Assembly (NCBI GenBank): GCA_001508155.1
Contig: LGFI01000006.1
Coordinates: forward strand, 35,157-99,156
DNA length: 64,000 nt
Reading direction: 5' to 3'
DNA from: Acetothermia bacterium 64_32
Lineage (GTDB): Bacteria > Bipolaricaulota > Bipolaricaulia > Bipolaricaulales > Bipolaricaulaceae
In this document: one piece after another, positions 1 to 7,814 of the stretch
Position numbering within the stretch: position 1 is the stretch's first letter
Layout of the letters: every line of letters starts with the position of its first letter
Notes under the pieces: generated by a model
Database searches by the model: none
Told to the model about the DNA's origin: nothing
The model's input: only the letters and a program-made list of their open reading frames with translations
Made by a program: the position numbers and the translations under genes

Positions 1-1190
1 GCACGCCGGCCACGGCCACGTTCATCTTCTTGCTGGGGCCGATGGGCCGCTCCGGCACCACGGGCGCCTCCACCACCCGGATGGGTTCTGCCGTCTCGGC
101 CTTGGCGATTCTTGCTTCCTGAAGCTTCCCTGCTAGGCTAGTGTACGAGCTCTTTAAAACCGAGATCTCGCGATCGAGCCGCTCCAGCTCCGCCTGTACC
201 TCCACCAGCCGGGCCTGCTTTTCCTTGAGCTCGGCCAGCGTGGTGGAGAGGGCGGATTCAAGGTAGCCGATCTCCTCCCGCAAGGTCTTGACGGCAACCT
301 GGGTTGAGGCGAGCTGCGAGCGGAGATCAAGATAGACGAAGTTAAGCTCTTGATCCTGGAGGGCGAGGGAGGGGAGGCTTGAGAGCTCCTGGGGGGTAGC
401 CCGCTGGGCGAGGAAGTTCCAAAGGGCCTCGTTGGAGACGGTCCTCATCAGGGTGAGGTACTGCGGCTCCTGGGCCAAGGCCTCCGTGAGGGCAGCCAGG
501 GTGGCTTCCTTGCTGGCAAGCTCCCGGCGTTTCTCCTCCAGCTGATCAAGGTAGGTCTTGTAGTCGGCCTCGAGCACCGCCACCTCGGCCTGAAGGATCT
601 CCAGCGGGTTTTCCTTTTGGTAAACCCTTTTCTCCTCCTCCTTGGCGAGGAGCTCCTCCTCTACCTCATCGAAGTTCTCCTTGATGTACTCGTAGGACTG
701 GGCGGCCCGGCTCATAAAAAGCTGGGCGTTGCGGGCGGTGAAGCCCTCCGTCCAGCCCTGGGCGAGTTGCTGTAGCCTTTCCGGATCGGTCCCGGTGAAG
801 CTCACGCGCAGGTAAAGGGGGAACCGTCCTGGGAACTCCTTGGCCGTGGTTTGCTCTATCTCCACCTTTATCCTGTCCTTGAGCTCCAGGGCCGAGGGGC
901 GGTCCCCCTCGGGATAGACCTTTGCGGCCACCTCCTGGAGGAGGTCGCTGGCCAGGGCCAGGCTCTTGTAGGTCTCCGGGGAGTAGACGGTCCCGGTCAC
1001 CTCGCCCCCCACCTCCCGGGCCAAGGGAGGGAGGATGAGGAGGGCGGTTTCGGTGCGATACTGTTTGGGAAGGCTGTAGGAGATCGCAAGTGCCGTTCCC
1101 ACGGCCACGAGGAAGGTTACGATTACAATCCACTTTTCCTTCCACAGGATCCTCACGTAATCCCGAAGATCGACCTCGTACTCTTCCATA
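1..1190 (-). CDS. Polysaccharide chain-length determinant (Wzz/GumC-like) protein. ATG at 1190; the 3' end runs off the window start.
   Basis: My translation of the reverse strand from 1190 gives MEEYEVDLRDYVRILWKEKWIVIVTFLVAVGTALAISYSLPKQYRTE. This is an N-terminal TM helix followed by a long coiled-coil region, typical of Wzz/GumC. The frame stays open to position 1. Confidence 0.65.
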
Positions 1191-1241
1191 ACGATTCCCT
1201 CCTATGAAACAAAGCTAGATTAATTATCCGAACTTGGATTG

Positions 1242-2537
1242 TCAAGGGTTCTGGTCGCGGATGAGCCTGCGCAGGCGGGCCAGTCTTTCGCGCAGGCGGG
1301 CCTCCCAGCCGACGTCCTTGGGGTGGTAGTACTCCCGACCGGAAAGGCCCGGAGGGAGGCACTCCATCTTCGCCACCCCCTCCGGGAGATCGTGAGCATA
1401 CTGATAACCCCTTCCGTAGCCAAGTTCCCGCATGGTATCCGTAACAGGGTTTCTCAGGTGTAGGGGCACCGGCTCGTCGATGGTCTCCCTGACGTCGCGC
1501 CTGGCCGCCTCGTAGGCGGTATATAGGGCGTTTGACTTGGGGGCCAAGGCCAAATAGACGGCCGCCTGGGCCAGGGCGAGTTCACATTCCGGAAGGCCCA
1601 CGAGCTCCACCGCCTGGGCGGCCGCGGCCGCAAGGCGCAGCGCGCCCGGATCGGCCAAGCCCACGTCCTCGGAAGCGATCCTTATAAGCCTCCGAGCCAG
1701 ATACCGCGGATCCTCTCCTGATTCCAGCATACGGGCCAGCCAATATAGGGTTGCATCTACGTCCGAGTTGCGGATGGACTTGTGCAGGGCGGAGATGAGG
1801 TTGTAGTGCTCCTCCCCGGCCCGGTCATAACGGGGGGCCTTCCTCCCCAGGGCCCGGGACAGCTGCTCCAGGGTGAGCTCCCCCTCCCCTTCGGCGGCCA
1901 CCGCCGTCTCCAGGGCGGTGAGGAGCCGCCGGGCATCCCCGTCGGCGTAGCGGATGAGGAAGGCCCTGGCCTCCGGGGTGAGGGAAACCCGGCCCCCGTA
2001 GCCCCGCTCGTCGGAAAGGGCGCGGGACAGGAGCTCAGCCAGCTCCTCCTCAGATAGGGGCCGGAAGACGAAGAGCTGCGCCCGGGAAAGGAGGGCCGGC
2101 CTGAGGGCGAAGGAGGGGTTCTCGGTGGTGGCGCCGATGAACAGGACCGAGCCCTCCTCAAGGTAGGGGAGGAGGACGTCCTGCTGGGCCCGGTTCCAGC
2201 GGTGGATCTCGTCCAGGAAGAGAAGATCCCGTCCCCCCGTCCTTTTCCAAAGCTCCCGGGATGCCTCCAGGGCCTTTTTGACCTCCCCGGTGGAGACTAG
2301 GGCCGCCGAGGCCCAGACGAACCTCGCCCCCAGCCGGGCGGCGATGATGCGGCCCAGGGTGGTCTTCCCCGTGCCCGGCGGCCCCCAGAAGATGAGGGCG
2401 GAAAAGCCCCCTCGCTCGATGAGGGCCCGCAGGGGGCCCTTGGGCCCCAAAAGGTGCCCCTGCCCCACCACCTCGGAGAGGTCGTGCGGCCTGAGCCGCT
2501 CTGCAAGCGGCCCCTCACCCTGCCACAGGCCCTTCAT
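1242..2537 (-). CDS. rarA: Replication-associated recombination protein A (AAA+ ATPase RarA/MgsA)
   Basis: Walker A GPPGTGKTT. The N-terminal LAERLRP and the C-terminal MgsA helical domain are typical across the full 431 aa. Confidence 0.9.
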   Translation of the reverse strand: MKGLWQGEGPLAERLRPHDLSEVVGQGHLLGPKGPLRALIERGGFSALIFWGPPGTGKTTLGRIIAARLGARFVWASAALVSTGEVKKALEASRELWKRTGGRDLLFLDEIHRWNRAQQDVLLPYLEEGSVLFIGATTENPSFALRPALLSRAQLFVFRPLSEEELAELLSRALSDERGYGGRVSLTPEARAFLIRYADGDARRLLTALETAVAAEGEGELTLEQLSRALGRKAPRYDRAGEEHYNLISALHKSIRNSDVDATLYWLARMLESGEDPRYLARRLIRIASEDVGLADPGALRLAAAAAQAVELVGLPECELALAQAAVYLALAPKSNALYTAYEAARRDVRETIDEPVPLHLRNPVTDTMRELGYGRGYQYAHDLPEGVAKMECLPPGLSGREYYHPKDVGWEARLRERLARLRRLIRDQNP

Positions 2538-2833
2538 CTCTTCCCCGCTCGCCCAAGGAGGCCTCTAAACTCCTCCTCCGTGTAGCCCTTGGGTTCCACG
2601 CCCGGGGCAAGCTCAAGGAGCATCCCGAACCGATCCTGGGGCCTCTGGGGCAGCCCTTTAGCCACCACCAGCACGTCCACATCGCTCCACAGGTTGAAAT
2701 CACCCCGTACCACCGGGCCGTAGACCCAAGCGGTCAAAGGCCCCAAGGCCCTTCGCGCCTCCACGAGGAACCTACGTGCCAGGGAAACCAGTTCCCTCTG
2801 CCGGGCAACCCTCGCCTCAATCCCCACCGGCAT
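2534..2833 (-). CDS. Minimal nucleotidyltransferase (MntA-like, DNA pol beta fold), orphan
   Basis: 99 aa with a GDFNLWSDVDVLVV nucleotidyltransferase motif. It overlaps the rarA start by 4 nt. There is no HEPN partner adjacent. Confidence 0.65.
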   Translation of the reverse strand: MPVGIEARVARQRELVSLARRFLVEARRALGPLTAWVYGPVVRGDFNLWSDVDVLVVAKGLPQRPQDRFGMLLELAPGVEPKGYTEEEFRGLLGRAGKR

Positions 2834-2925
2834 CCTCCATCGCCCCCTCCGAAGCCCAACACCACTCGAGCCTCAGCCAACGCCGGTACTCGGAAAGATC
2901 CCACATCCCGGAGGCATTTTATCCC

Positions 2926-2955
2926 TTGACAGGGCTCGGCGGGGCTTCGTAAGAT
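2926..2955 (+). promoter_or_regulatory. Sigma70-like promoter abutting the tRNA array (TTGACA, 18-nt spacer, TAAGAT)
   Basis: TTGACA lies at 2926-2931 and TAAGAT at about 2950-2955. This is 5 nt before the first tRNA 5' end at 2961. Confidence 0.4.
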
Positions 2956-2960
2956 TCGGC

Positions 2961-3033
2961 GGGCCGTTAGCTCAACAGGCAGAGCAGCGGACTCTTAATC
3001 CGCGGGTTGGGGGTTCGAGTCCTCCACGGCCCA
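2961..3033 (+). tRNA. tRNA-Lys (anticodon CTT)
   Basis: Cloverleaf read by eye: acceptor GGGCCGT/ACGGCCC, anticodon stem GCGGA/TCCGC with loop CTCTTAA, T-loop TTCGAGT. CCA is not encoded. Confidence 0.8.
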
Positions 3034-3097
3034 CAGCCAGTTGCAAGTTGACAAGTCCCAAGTCGAAAGGCATGTCGGGACTTGCGACTGGATTTTC

Positions 3098-3173
3098 GGG
3101 TCGTTAGCTCAGTTGGCAGAGCACCGGCCTTTTAAGCCGGGTGTCGCAGGTTCGATTCCTGCACGACCCACCA
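3098..3173 (+). tRNA. tRNA-Lys (anticodon TTT), CCA encoded
   Basis: Acceptor GGGTCGT/ACGACCC, anticodon loop CTTTTAA, T-loop TTCGATT, 3' ACCA. Confidence 0.8.
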
Positions 3174-3248
3174 GTCGCCGTCGTCTAGGCAGGCCTAGGA
3201 CACCGGGCTTTCAATCCGGTAACGGGGGTTCAAATCCCCCCGGCGACA
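3174..3248 (+). tRNA. tRNA-Glu (anticodon TTC)
   Basis: Acceptor GTCGCCG/CGGCGAC, anticodon loop CTTTCAA, T-loop TTCAAAT. It begins immediately after the CCA of the preceding tRNA with zero spacer. Confidence 0.75.
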
Positions 3249-3314
3249 CAAGGAAAGTCGAAGGTCCCAAGAAGCCGACTTTCGACTTGGGGCTTTTGAC
3301 TTGTAGCTGGGTTT

Positions 3315-3386
3315 GGGCGAGTAGCTCAGGGGGAGAGCATCCGGCTTACATCCGGAAGGTCAGAGGTTCAAATCCTCTCTCGCCCA
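3315..3386 (+). tRNA. tRNA-Val (anticodon TAC)
   Basis: Acceptor GGGCGAG/CTCGCCC, anticodon loop CTTACAT, T-loop TTCAAAT. Confidence 0.75.
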
Positions 3387-3448
3387 CTAGAGCCCCTGGA
3401 GGTGGTGGGGCGAGCTTGCTAAAATAGCGTGGTGCCCCAAAGAGGGGT

Positions 3449-3475
3449 CCCCGCAAAACCTGCGGTTTTGTGGGG
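3449..3475 (+). other. Stable spacer hairpin (12-bp stem CCCCGCAAAACC/GGTTTTGTGGGG, 3-nt loop) between tRNA-Val and tRNA-Asp
   Basis: Perfect inverted repeat with one G-U pair. The context is not T-rich, so it is more likely a processing structure than a terminator. Confidence 0.4.
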
Positions 3476-3482
3476 CATGAGA

Positions 3483-3561
3483 GGGGACGTGGTCTAGGCT
3501 GGACTAGGACACCGGATTGTCACTCCGGAGATCGCGGGTTCAAATCCCGTCGTCCCCGCCA
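3483..3561 (+). tRNA. tRNA-Asp (anticodon GTC), CCA encoded
   Basis: Acceptor GGGGACG/CGTCCCC, anticodon loop TTGTCAC, T-loop TTCAAAT, 3' GCCA. Confidence 0.8.
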
Positions 3562-3655
3562 AGAGCAGTCGCAAGTCGGCAAGTCCCAAGTTCATGGGGA
3601 CTTGTGGCCTAGGAATCTTTGAACTTGTGACTAGTTGACTTGCAACTGTCAGTGT

Positions 3656-3731
3656 GGCGAGGTAGCTCAGGTGGTAGAGCACGCGGCTGAAAACCGCGGT
3701 GTCCCCAGTTCGACTCTGGGCCTCGCCACCA
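3656..3731 (+). tRNA. tRNA-Phe (anticodon GAA), CCA encoded
   Basis: Acceptor GGCGAGG/CCTCGCC, anticodon loop CTGAAAA, T-loop TTCGACT, 3' ACCA. Confidence 0.8.
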
Positions 3732-3775
3732 GCATTTGACGCCCTGCTGGGGGCGGGGGTAGGCTTACCCCAGCC

Positions 3776-5110
3776 ATGGGGCAGACCGTACAGGAGATTT
3801 GGGAGCGGGCGAAGGCCCGCCTTGCCGAGGAGGTCCCACCCCCAAGCTTTGCCGCCTGGTTCTCCGACGCCACCCCCAAGGGGATCGAGGACGGGGCGTT
3901 TGTGCTGGAGGTGCCTTCCGTATTCGCCAAGGGGGGGATAGAAAGGAAATACCGGGCCCTCCTGGAGAGGGTGCTCGCTGAGGTGACGGGAAGGCAGCTT
4001 CCCATAAAGGTGGTGGTGGGCGATCAGCTCCCACCCCCTCCCCCACCCCCCACCTCCCCGGAGACCGCCCGTCGGTACCTGGGGACCTTGCCGCTGAACC
4101 CCGAGTACACCTTCGACACCTTCGTCCGGGGGAGGAACTCCCAGCTCGCCTACGCCGCCGCCGTAGCGGTGGCCGAGTCCCCGGCCCGGGCCTACAACCC
4201 CCTTTTCATCTACGGCAAGGTGGGCCTGGGGAAGACCCACCTGCTTCATGCCATCGGCAACCGGGTGCTGGCAAAGCCCGGGGACCTCACGGTGGTCTAC
4301 ACCACCTCGGAGCGGTTCGCCATCGAGCTCATCCACTCCATCGGCCAGGGCACCACCGAACAGTTTCGCTCAAAATACCGGAACGTGGACGTCCTCCTCA
4401 TCGACGACGTCCATTTCCTGCGCAACAAGGAGGGCACTCAAGAGGAGCTGTTCCACACGTTCAACGAGCTGTATGGGAACGGGAAGCAGATCGTGCTGTC
4501 CTCCGACCGCCCCCCGGACGAGCTGCAGGGGCTGCAGGACCGGCTGGTGTCCCGGTTCCGGTGGGGCTTGGTGGCGGACATCCAGCCACCGGACCTGGAG
4601 ACCAGGATCGCCATCCTCAGGGAGAAGGCCCGCCGGCGGGGCCTGGAGGTGGAGGACTCCATCCTGGAGATCATCGCCTCCCGCATCACCACCAACGTGC
4701 GGGACCTGGAAGGGGCCCTCATCCGGGCCATGGCCTATATCGAGCTCGGGGAAGGCCCCATCACCCCCAAGGTTTTGGAGGAGATCCTCCCCAAGGAGGA
4801 GACGGCCCGGCGGCTGACGGTGGAGGCGATCAAGGAGGAGGTGGCGGCCCGGTATAACGTGCCGGTGGCCGAACTCGAGGGCCCCTCCCGCAAGAAGGAG
4901 ATCGCCCAGGCCCGCCAGATCGCCATCTTCCTCGCCCGGGAGCTCACCGACTCCTCCTTCCCCGCCCTGGGCCGGGCCTTCGGCGGCCGCGACCACACCA
5001 CCATCATGCACTCCTACCAGAAGATGCAGGAACTCATCCGCCAGGTCCCCCTCCTCCGAGGGGAGATCGAAGGCCTGCGAGACGAGCTTGTGGCCAAATA
5101 CGGGAAATGA
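3776..5110 (+). CDS. dnaA: Chromosomal replication initiator protein DnaA
   Basis: Walker A GKVGLGKTHL, an AAA+ domain and a C-terminal DNA-binding domain (ARQIAIFLARELT). There is a proline-rich linker [10 protein letters not shown]. It lies only 44 nt after tRNA-Phe. Confidence 0.95.
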   Translation: MGQTVQEIWERAKARLAEEVPPPSFAAWFSDATPKGIEDGAFVLEVPSVFAKGGIERKYRALLERVLAEVTGRQLPIKVVVGDQLPPPPPPPTSPETARRYLGTLPLNPEYTFDTFVRGRNSQLAYAAAVAVAESPARAYNPLFIYGKVGLGKTHLLHAIGNRVLAKPGDLTVVYTTSERFAIELIHSIGQGTTEQFRSKYRNVDVLLIDDVHFLRNKEGTQEELFHTFNELYGNGKQIVLSSDRPPDELQGLQDRLVSRFRWGLVADIQPPDLETRIAILREKARRRGLEVEDSILEIIASRITTNVRDLEGALIRAMAYIELGEGPITPKVLEEILPKEETARRLTVEAIKEEVAARYNVPVAELEGPSRKKEIAQARQIAIFLARELTDSSFPALGRAFGGRDHTTIMHSYQKMQELIRQVPLLRGEIEGLRDELVAKYGK

Positions 5111-5111
5111 G

Positions 5112-5324
5112 TTTTCCACAGCCCCCTGGGGATGCCCCTGTGGATAACCGGCCCACGCCCTGTGGATTTCGCCCCTTTCCCCCGGACAAACCGGTGGGGA
5201 AAACTGGCGATTGTTCTTATCCCCAACGGAATTCCACCGCACAGGCCGCCCATCCACAGGTTTTCCACAAGGCTTTCCACAGCCTTGAGGGAAGATGTCG
5301 CGCGCGGTGGCGGAGTTTTCCACA
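5112..5324 (+). promoter_or_regulatory. Candidate oriC: a cluster of DnaA-box 9-mers
   Basis: TTTTCCACA occurs three times at about 5112, 5261 and 5316. A perfect TGTGGATAA is at 5139-5147. Further variants are TGTGGATTT at 5161, TTATCCCCA at 5217, CCATCCACA at 5250 and CTTTCCACA at 5273. All lie in a ~215-bp non-coding stretch. Confidence 0.6.
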
Positions 5325-5359
5325 GGTGATGTGTGTACCCTACAACAAGGACAAGGGTT

Positions 5360-5899
5360 ATGGATAAGGATGTAAGGCAGTGGTTAGCCCCCCTGGCCCG
5401 CAGGTGGGGGCTGGAGGGGGAGGTCAGGCGGCAGGGGGCGGTGTTCGCCTGGCCGGAGGCGGTGGGGGAGCAGCTGGCGAAGCTGGCGCGGGCGCTTTAT
5501 GTGGACGGGCATACCCTGCACGTGGCGGTGGCCAGTCCCGTGGTGGCCATGGAGCTGCGGCATCTGCAGGGGAAGCTGCTGGCGAGGCTCAGGGAGGTGG
5601 CGCCGGATGTCTCGGTAAAGAGGCTGCGGTTCCACGTGCGCCCCCAGGCCGTCCCGCCCCGGGGGCTGAAGGTGGAGGAGCCAAGGGAGGGTGATTGGCA
5701 GGCGGCCGAGCAGGCCGTGCCCCCCGATCTCCCCGCCGCCCTGCGGGCCCGGCTGGTCAGGATCGCGGCCTGGGCGCTGGCCCGCGATCGCGCCATCCTC
5801 GAGGCGGGGGGGCACCGCTGCCCCAGGTGTGGGGTGGCCCACCTCGGCCCGGAGGAGCTCTGCCCCCCCTGCTTTGCGGCCTGGGGTGGGGAAGGCTAG
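5360..5899 (+). CDS. DUF721/DciA-like protein with C-terminal zinc ribbon. Candidate DnaC/DnaI-antecedent helicase loader.
   Basis: Core matches the DUF721 pattern: WPEAVGEQLAKLARALYVDGHTLHVAVASPVVAMELRHLQGKLLARL. The C-terminal CPRCG...CPPCF is a zinc ribbon as in COG5512. ATG at 5360; the ORF track gives an alternative GTG at 5333. Confidence 0.65.
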   Translation: MDKDVRQWLAPLARRWGLEGEVRRQGAVFAWPEAVGEQLAKLARALYVDGHTLHVAVASPVVAMELRHLQGKLLARLREVAPDVSVKRLRFHVRPQAVPPRGLKVEEPREGDWQAAEQAVPPDLPAALRARLVRIAAWALARDRAILEAGGHRCPRCGVAHLGPEELCPPCFAAWGGEG

Positions 5900-5912
5900 A
5901 CTCAAAATCAGG

Positions 5913-6452
5913 ATGGCGATGGAAGCTACCACCGTGATCGCGCTGCGCTCGGAGGCGGCCCGCTGTGCCGTCATGGCCTGTGACGGCCAGGCCACCATGG
6001 AATCCCGGGTGGTGAAGGCGGGTGCCAGGAAGGTTCATCGCATCCATGGGGGGACGGTCCTGGCCGGTTTTGCCGGGGGGACGGCCGATGGCCTTGCGCT
6101 CCTGGAGCGGCTGGAGGGGAAGCTGAAGCAGTACGGCTCCCTCCGGCGGGCGGCGGTGGAGCTTTCTAAAGAATGGCGCACCGACCGGGCCTTGAGGCGC
6201 CTGGAGGCGGTGATCCTGGCCGCCTCGGAGGAGGCCTTGCTTCTAATCACCGGGCAGGGGGATGTGCTGGAGCCGGACGACGGGCTGGCCGGGATCGGCT
6301 CCGGCGGGGGCTATGCCCTGGCCGCCGCCCGGGCCCTGGTCCGCCACACCGACCTCCCCCCCGCTGAGGTCGCCCGAAATGCCCTTATCATCGCCTCGGA
6401 GATCGACGTCTACACCAACGACAGGATCGCATTGGAGGAGGTGCGCTGGTGA
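5913..6452 (+). CDS. hslV: ATP-dependent protease subunit HslV
   Basis: MEATTVIALR with the Thr N-terminus, plus the GGTADGLALLERLEGKL and GSGGGYALAAARAL motifs. The ORF track draws an upstream extension from 5691, which I judge spurious. Confidence 0.9.
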   Translation: MAMEATTVIALRSEAARCAVMACDGQATMESRVVKAGARKVHRIHGGTVLAGFAGGTADGLALLERLEGKLKQYGSLRRAAVELSKEWRTDRALRRLEAVILAASEEALLLITGQGDVLEPDDGLAGIGSGGGYALAAARALVRHTDLPPAEVARNALIIASEIDVYTNDRIALEEVRW

Positions 6453-7762
6453 CCCTGCCCGGCCTCACCCCCAGGGAGATCGTTCGGGAGCTGTCCCGCT
6501 ACATCGTGGGCCAGGAGGAGGCCAAGAGGGCGGTGGCCATCGCCTTAAGGAACCGCATCCGCCGGGCCGCCCTGCCCGAGGAGGTGCGGCGGGAGGTGCG
6601 CCCGAAAAACATCCTCATGATCGGCCCCACAGGGGTGGGGAAGACCGAGATCGCCCGGCGCCTCGCCCAGATCACCGACTCCCCCTTCCTCAAGGTGGAG
6701 GCCACCAAGTACACCGAAGTGGGGTACGTGGGGCGGGACGTGGAGTCCATGATCCGGGACCTGGTGGAGGTGGCGATCTCGCTGGTGCGGGCCCGGGAGG
6801 CCCGCAGGGTGGAGCGGGAGGCGGATAGGTTCGTTGAGGAAAGGCTCCTTGACGCCCTGCTTTCCGGGGCGGCAGGGGGGGAGGGGGCAAGGGAGCGCCT
6901 CAGGGAAAGGCTCCGGGCCGGGGAACTGGAGGACCAATGGGTGGAGATCCCGGTGAAGGAGTCGTTGGCCCCCCAGATAAACGTGTTCTCCGAGGCGGGG
7001 ATGGACCAGCTGGGGATAGATCTCTCTCAGCTTTTTGCGGGCTTCCCTGCCCCAAGGAGGCCCAAGCGGATGACGGTTCGGAAGGCGCGGGAGGTGCTCC
7101 GGGAGGAGGCCCTGGAGAGGCTTTTAAACATGGAGGAGGTGCGGGCCGAGGGGCTGCGCCTGGCCGAAGAGTCAGGGATCGTGTTCATCGACGAACTGGA
7201 TAAGCTCGCCTTGGGCGGGCCGGAGGAGCGGGGCGGGCCGGGGGTGTCCCGTCAGGGGGTGCAGCGGGACCTCCTGCCGCTCCTTGAGGGGACCACAGTG
7301 CGGACCCGGCACGGGACGGTGCGCACCGACAACATACTTTTCATCGCCGCCGGCGCCTTCTCCCAGGCCAAGCCCAGCGACCTCATGCCCGAGCTCCAGG
7401 GACGCCTCCCCATCCGGGTGGAGCTCCACCCTTTAACCGAGGAGCACTTCAAGCGGATCCTAGTGGAGCCGGAAGATGCCCTCACCAAGCAGTATCAAGC
7501 CCTGCTTTCCACGGAAGGGGTAGAGGTGGAGTTCACCGATGAGGCTGTAAGTGAGATCGCCCATGTAGCCGCCGAGCTCAACCGGGCCCTGGAGGACATC
7601 GGGGCGCGACGCCTGATAACCGTGATGGAACACCTGATGGAGGAGCTCTCGTTCTCCGCCGACCTGCACCGGGGGGAGAGGTTCGTCATAGACCGCAAGT
7701 ACGTGCAGGAGAGGGTTACCGGCCTGGCAGCCGACCTTGAACTCTCCCGCTACATCCTATAA
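6449..7762 (+). CDS. hslU: ATP-dependent protease ATPase subunit HslU
   Basis: IGPTGVGKTEIARRLA Walker A. Full-length HslU architecture. GTG start overlaps the hslV stop (GTGA). Confidence 0.95.
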   Translation: MTLPGLTPREIVRELSRYIVGQEEAKRAVAIALRNRIRRAALPEEVRREVRPKNILMIGPTGVGKTEIARRLAQITDSPFLKVEATKYTEVGYVGRDVESMIRDLVEVAISLVRAREARRVEREADRFVEERLLDALLSGAAGGEGARERLRERLRAGELEDQWVEIPVKESLAPQINVFSEAGMDQLGIDLSQLFAGFPAPRRPKRMTVRKAREVLREEALERLLNMEEVRAEGLRLAEESGIVFIDELDKLALGGPEERGGPGVSRQGVQRDLLPLLEGTTVRTRHGTVRTDNILFIAAGAFSQAKPSDLMPELQGRLPIRVELHPLTEEHFKRILVEPEDALTKQYQALLSTEGVEVEFTDEAVSEIAHVAAELNRALEDIGARRLITVMEHLMEELSFSADLHRGERFVIDRKYVQERVTGLAADLELSRYIL

Positions 7763-7814
7763 AAATAGCGGTAGGACGCCTTTCTTTGTGGACAACAACA
7801 TGGAGGTGACAGCC

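Noticed and set aside
3034-3655. Repeated spacer motifs in the tRNA array as a possible CRISPR array
   Set aside because: The repeats are degenerate and of unequal length. They flank tRNAs rather than unique spacers, and no cas genes are present.
2940-3760. Integrase or genomic island adjacent to the tRNA cluster
   Set aside because: tRNA genes are common integration sites, so I looked for a recombinase and direct repeats of tRNA 3' ends. None was found, and the neighbours are rarA and dnaA.
3041-4336. ORFs 3041..3427 (+) and 3494..4336 (-) spanning the tRNA array and dnaA 5' end
   Set aside because: They run through tRNA genes and antisense to dnaA. No stop codons occur by chance in GC-rich sequence, so they are not genes.
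5691-6452. Longer 253-aa form of hslV from the ORF track
   Set aside because: The upstream 74 aa overlap the DciA-like gene in another frame. HslV must begin just before the catalytic Thr, so the MAMEATTV start at 5913 is used.
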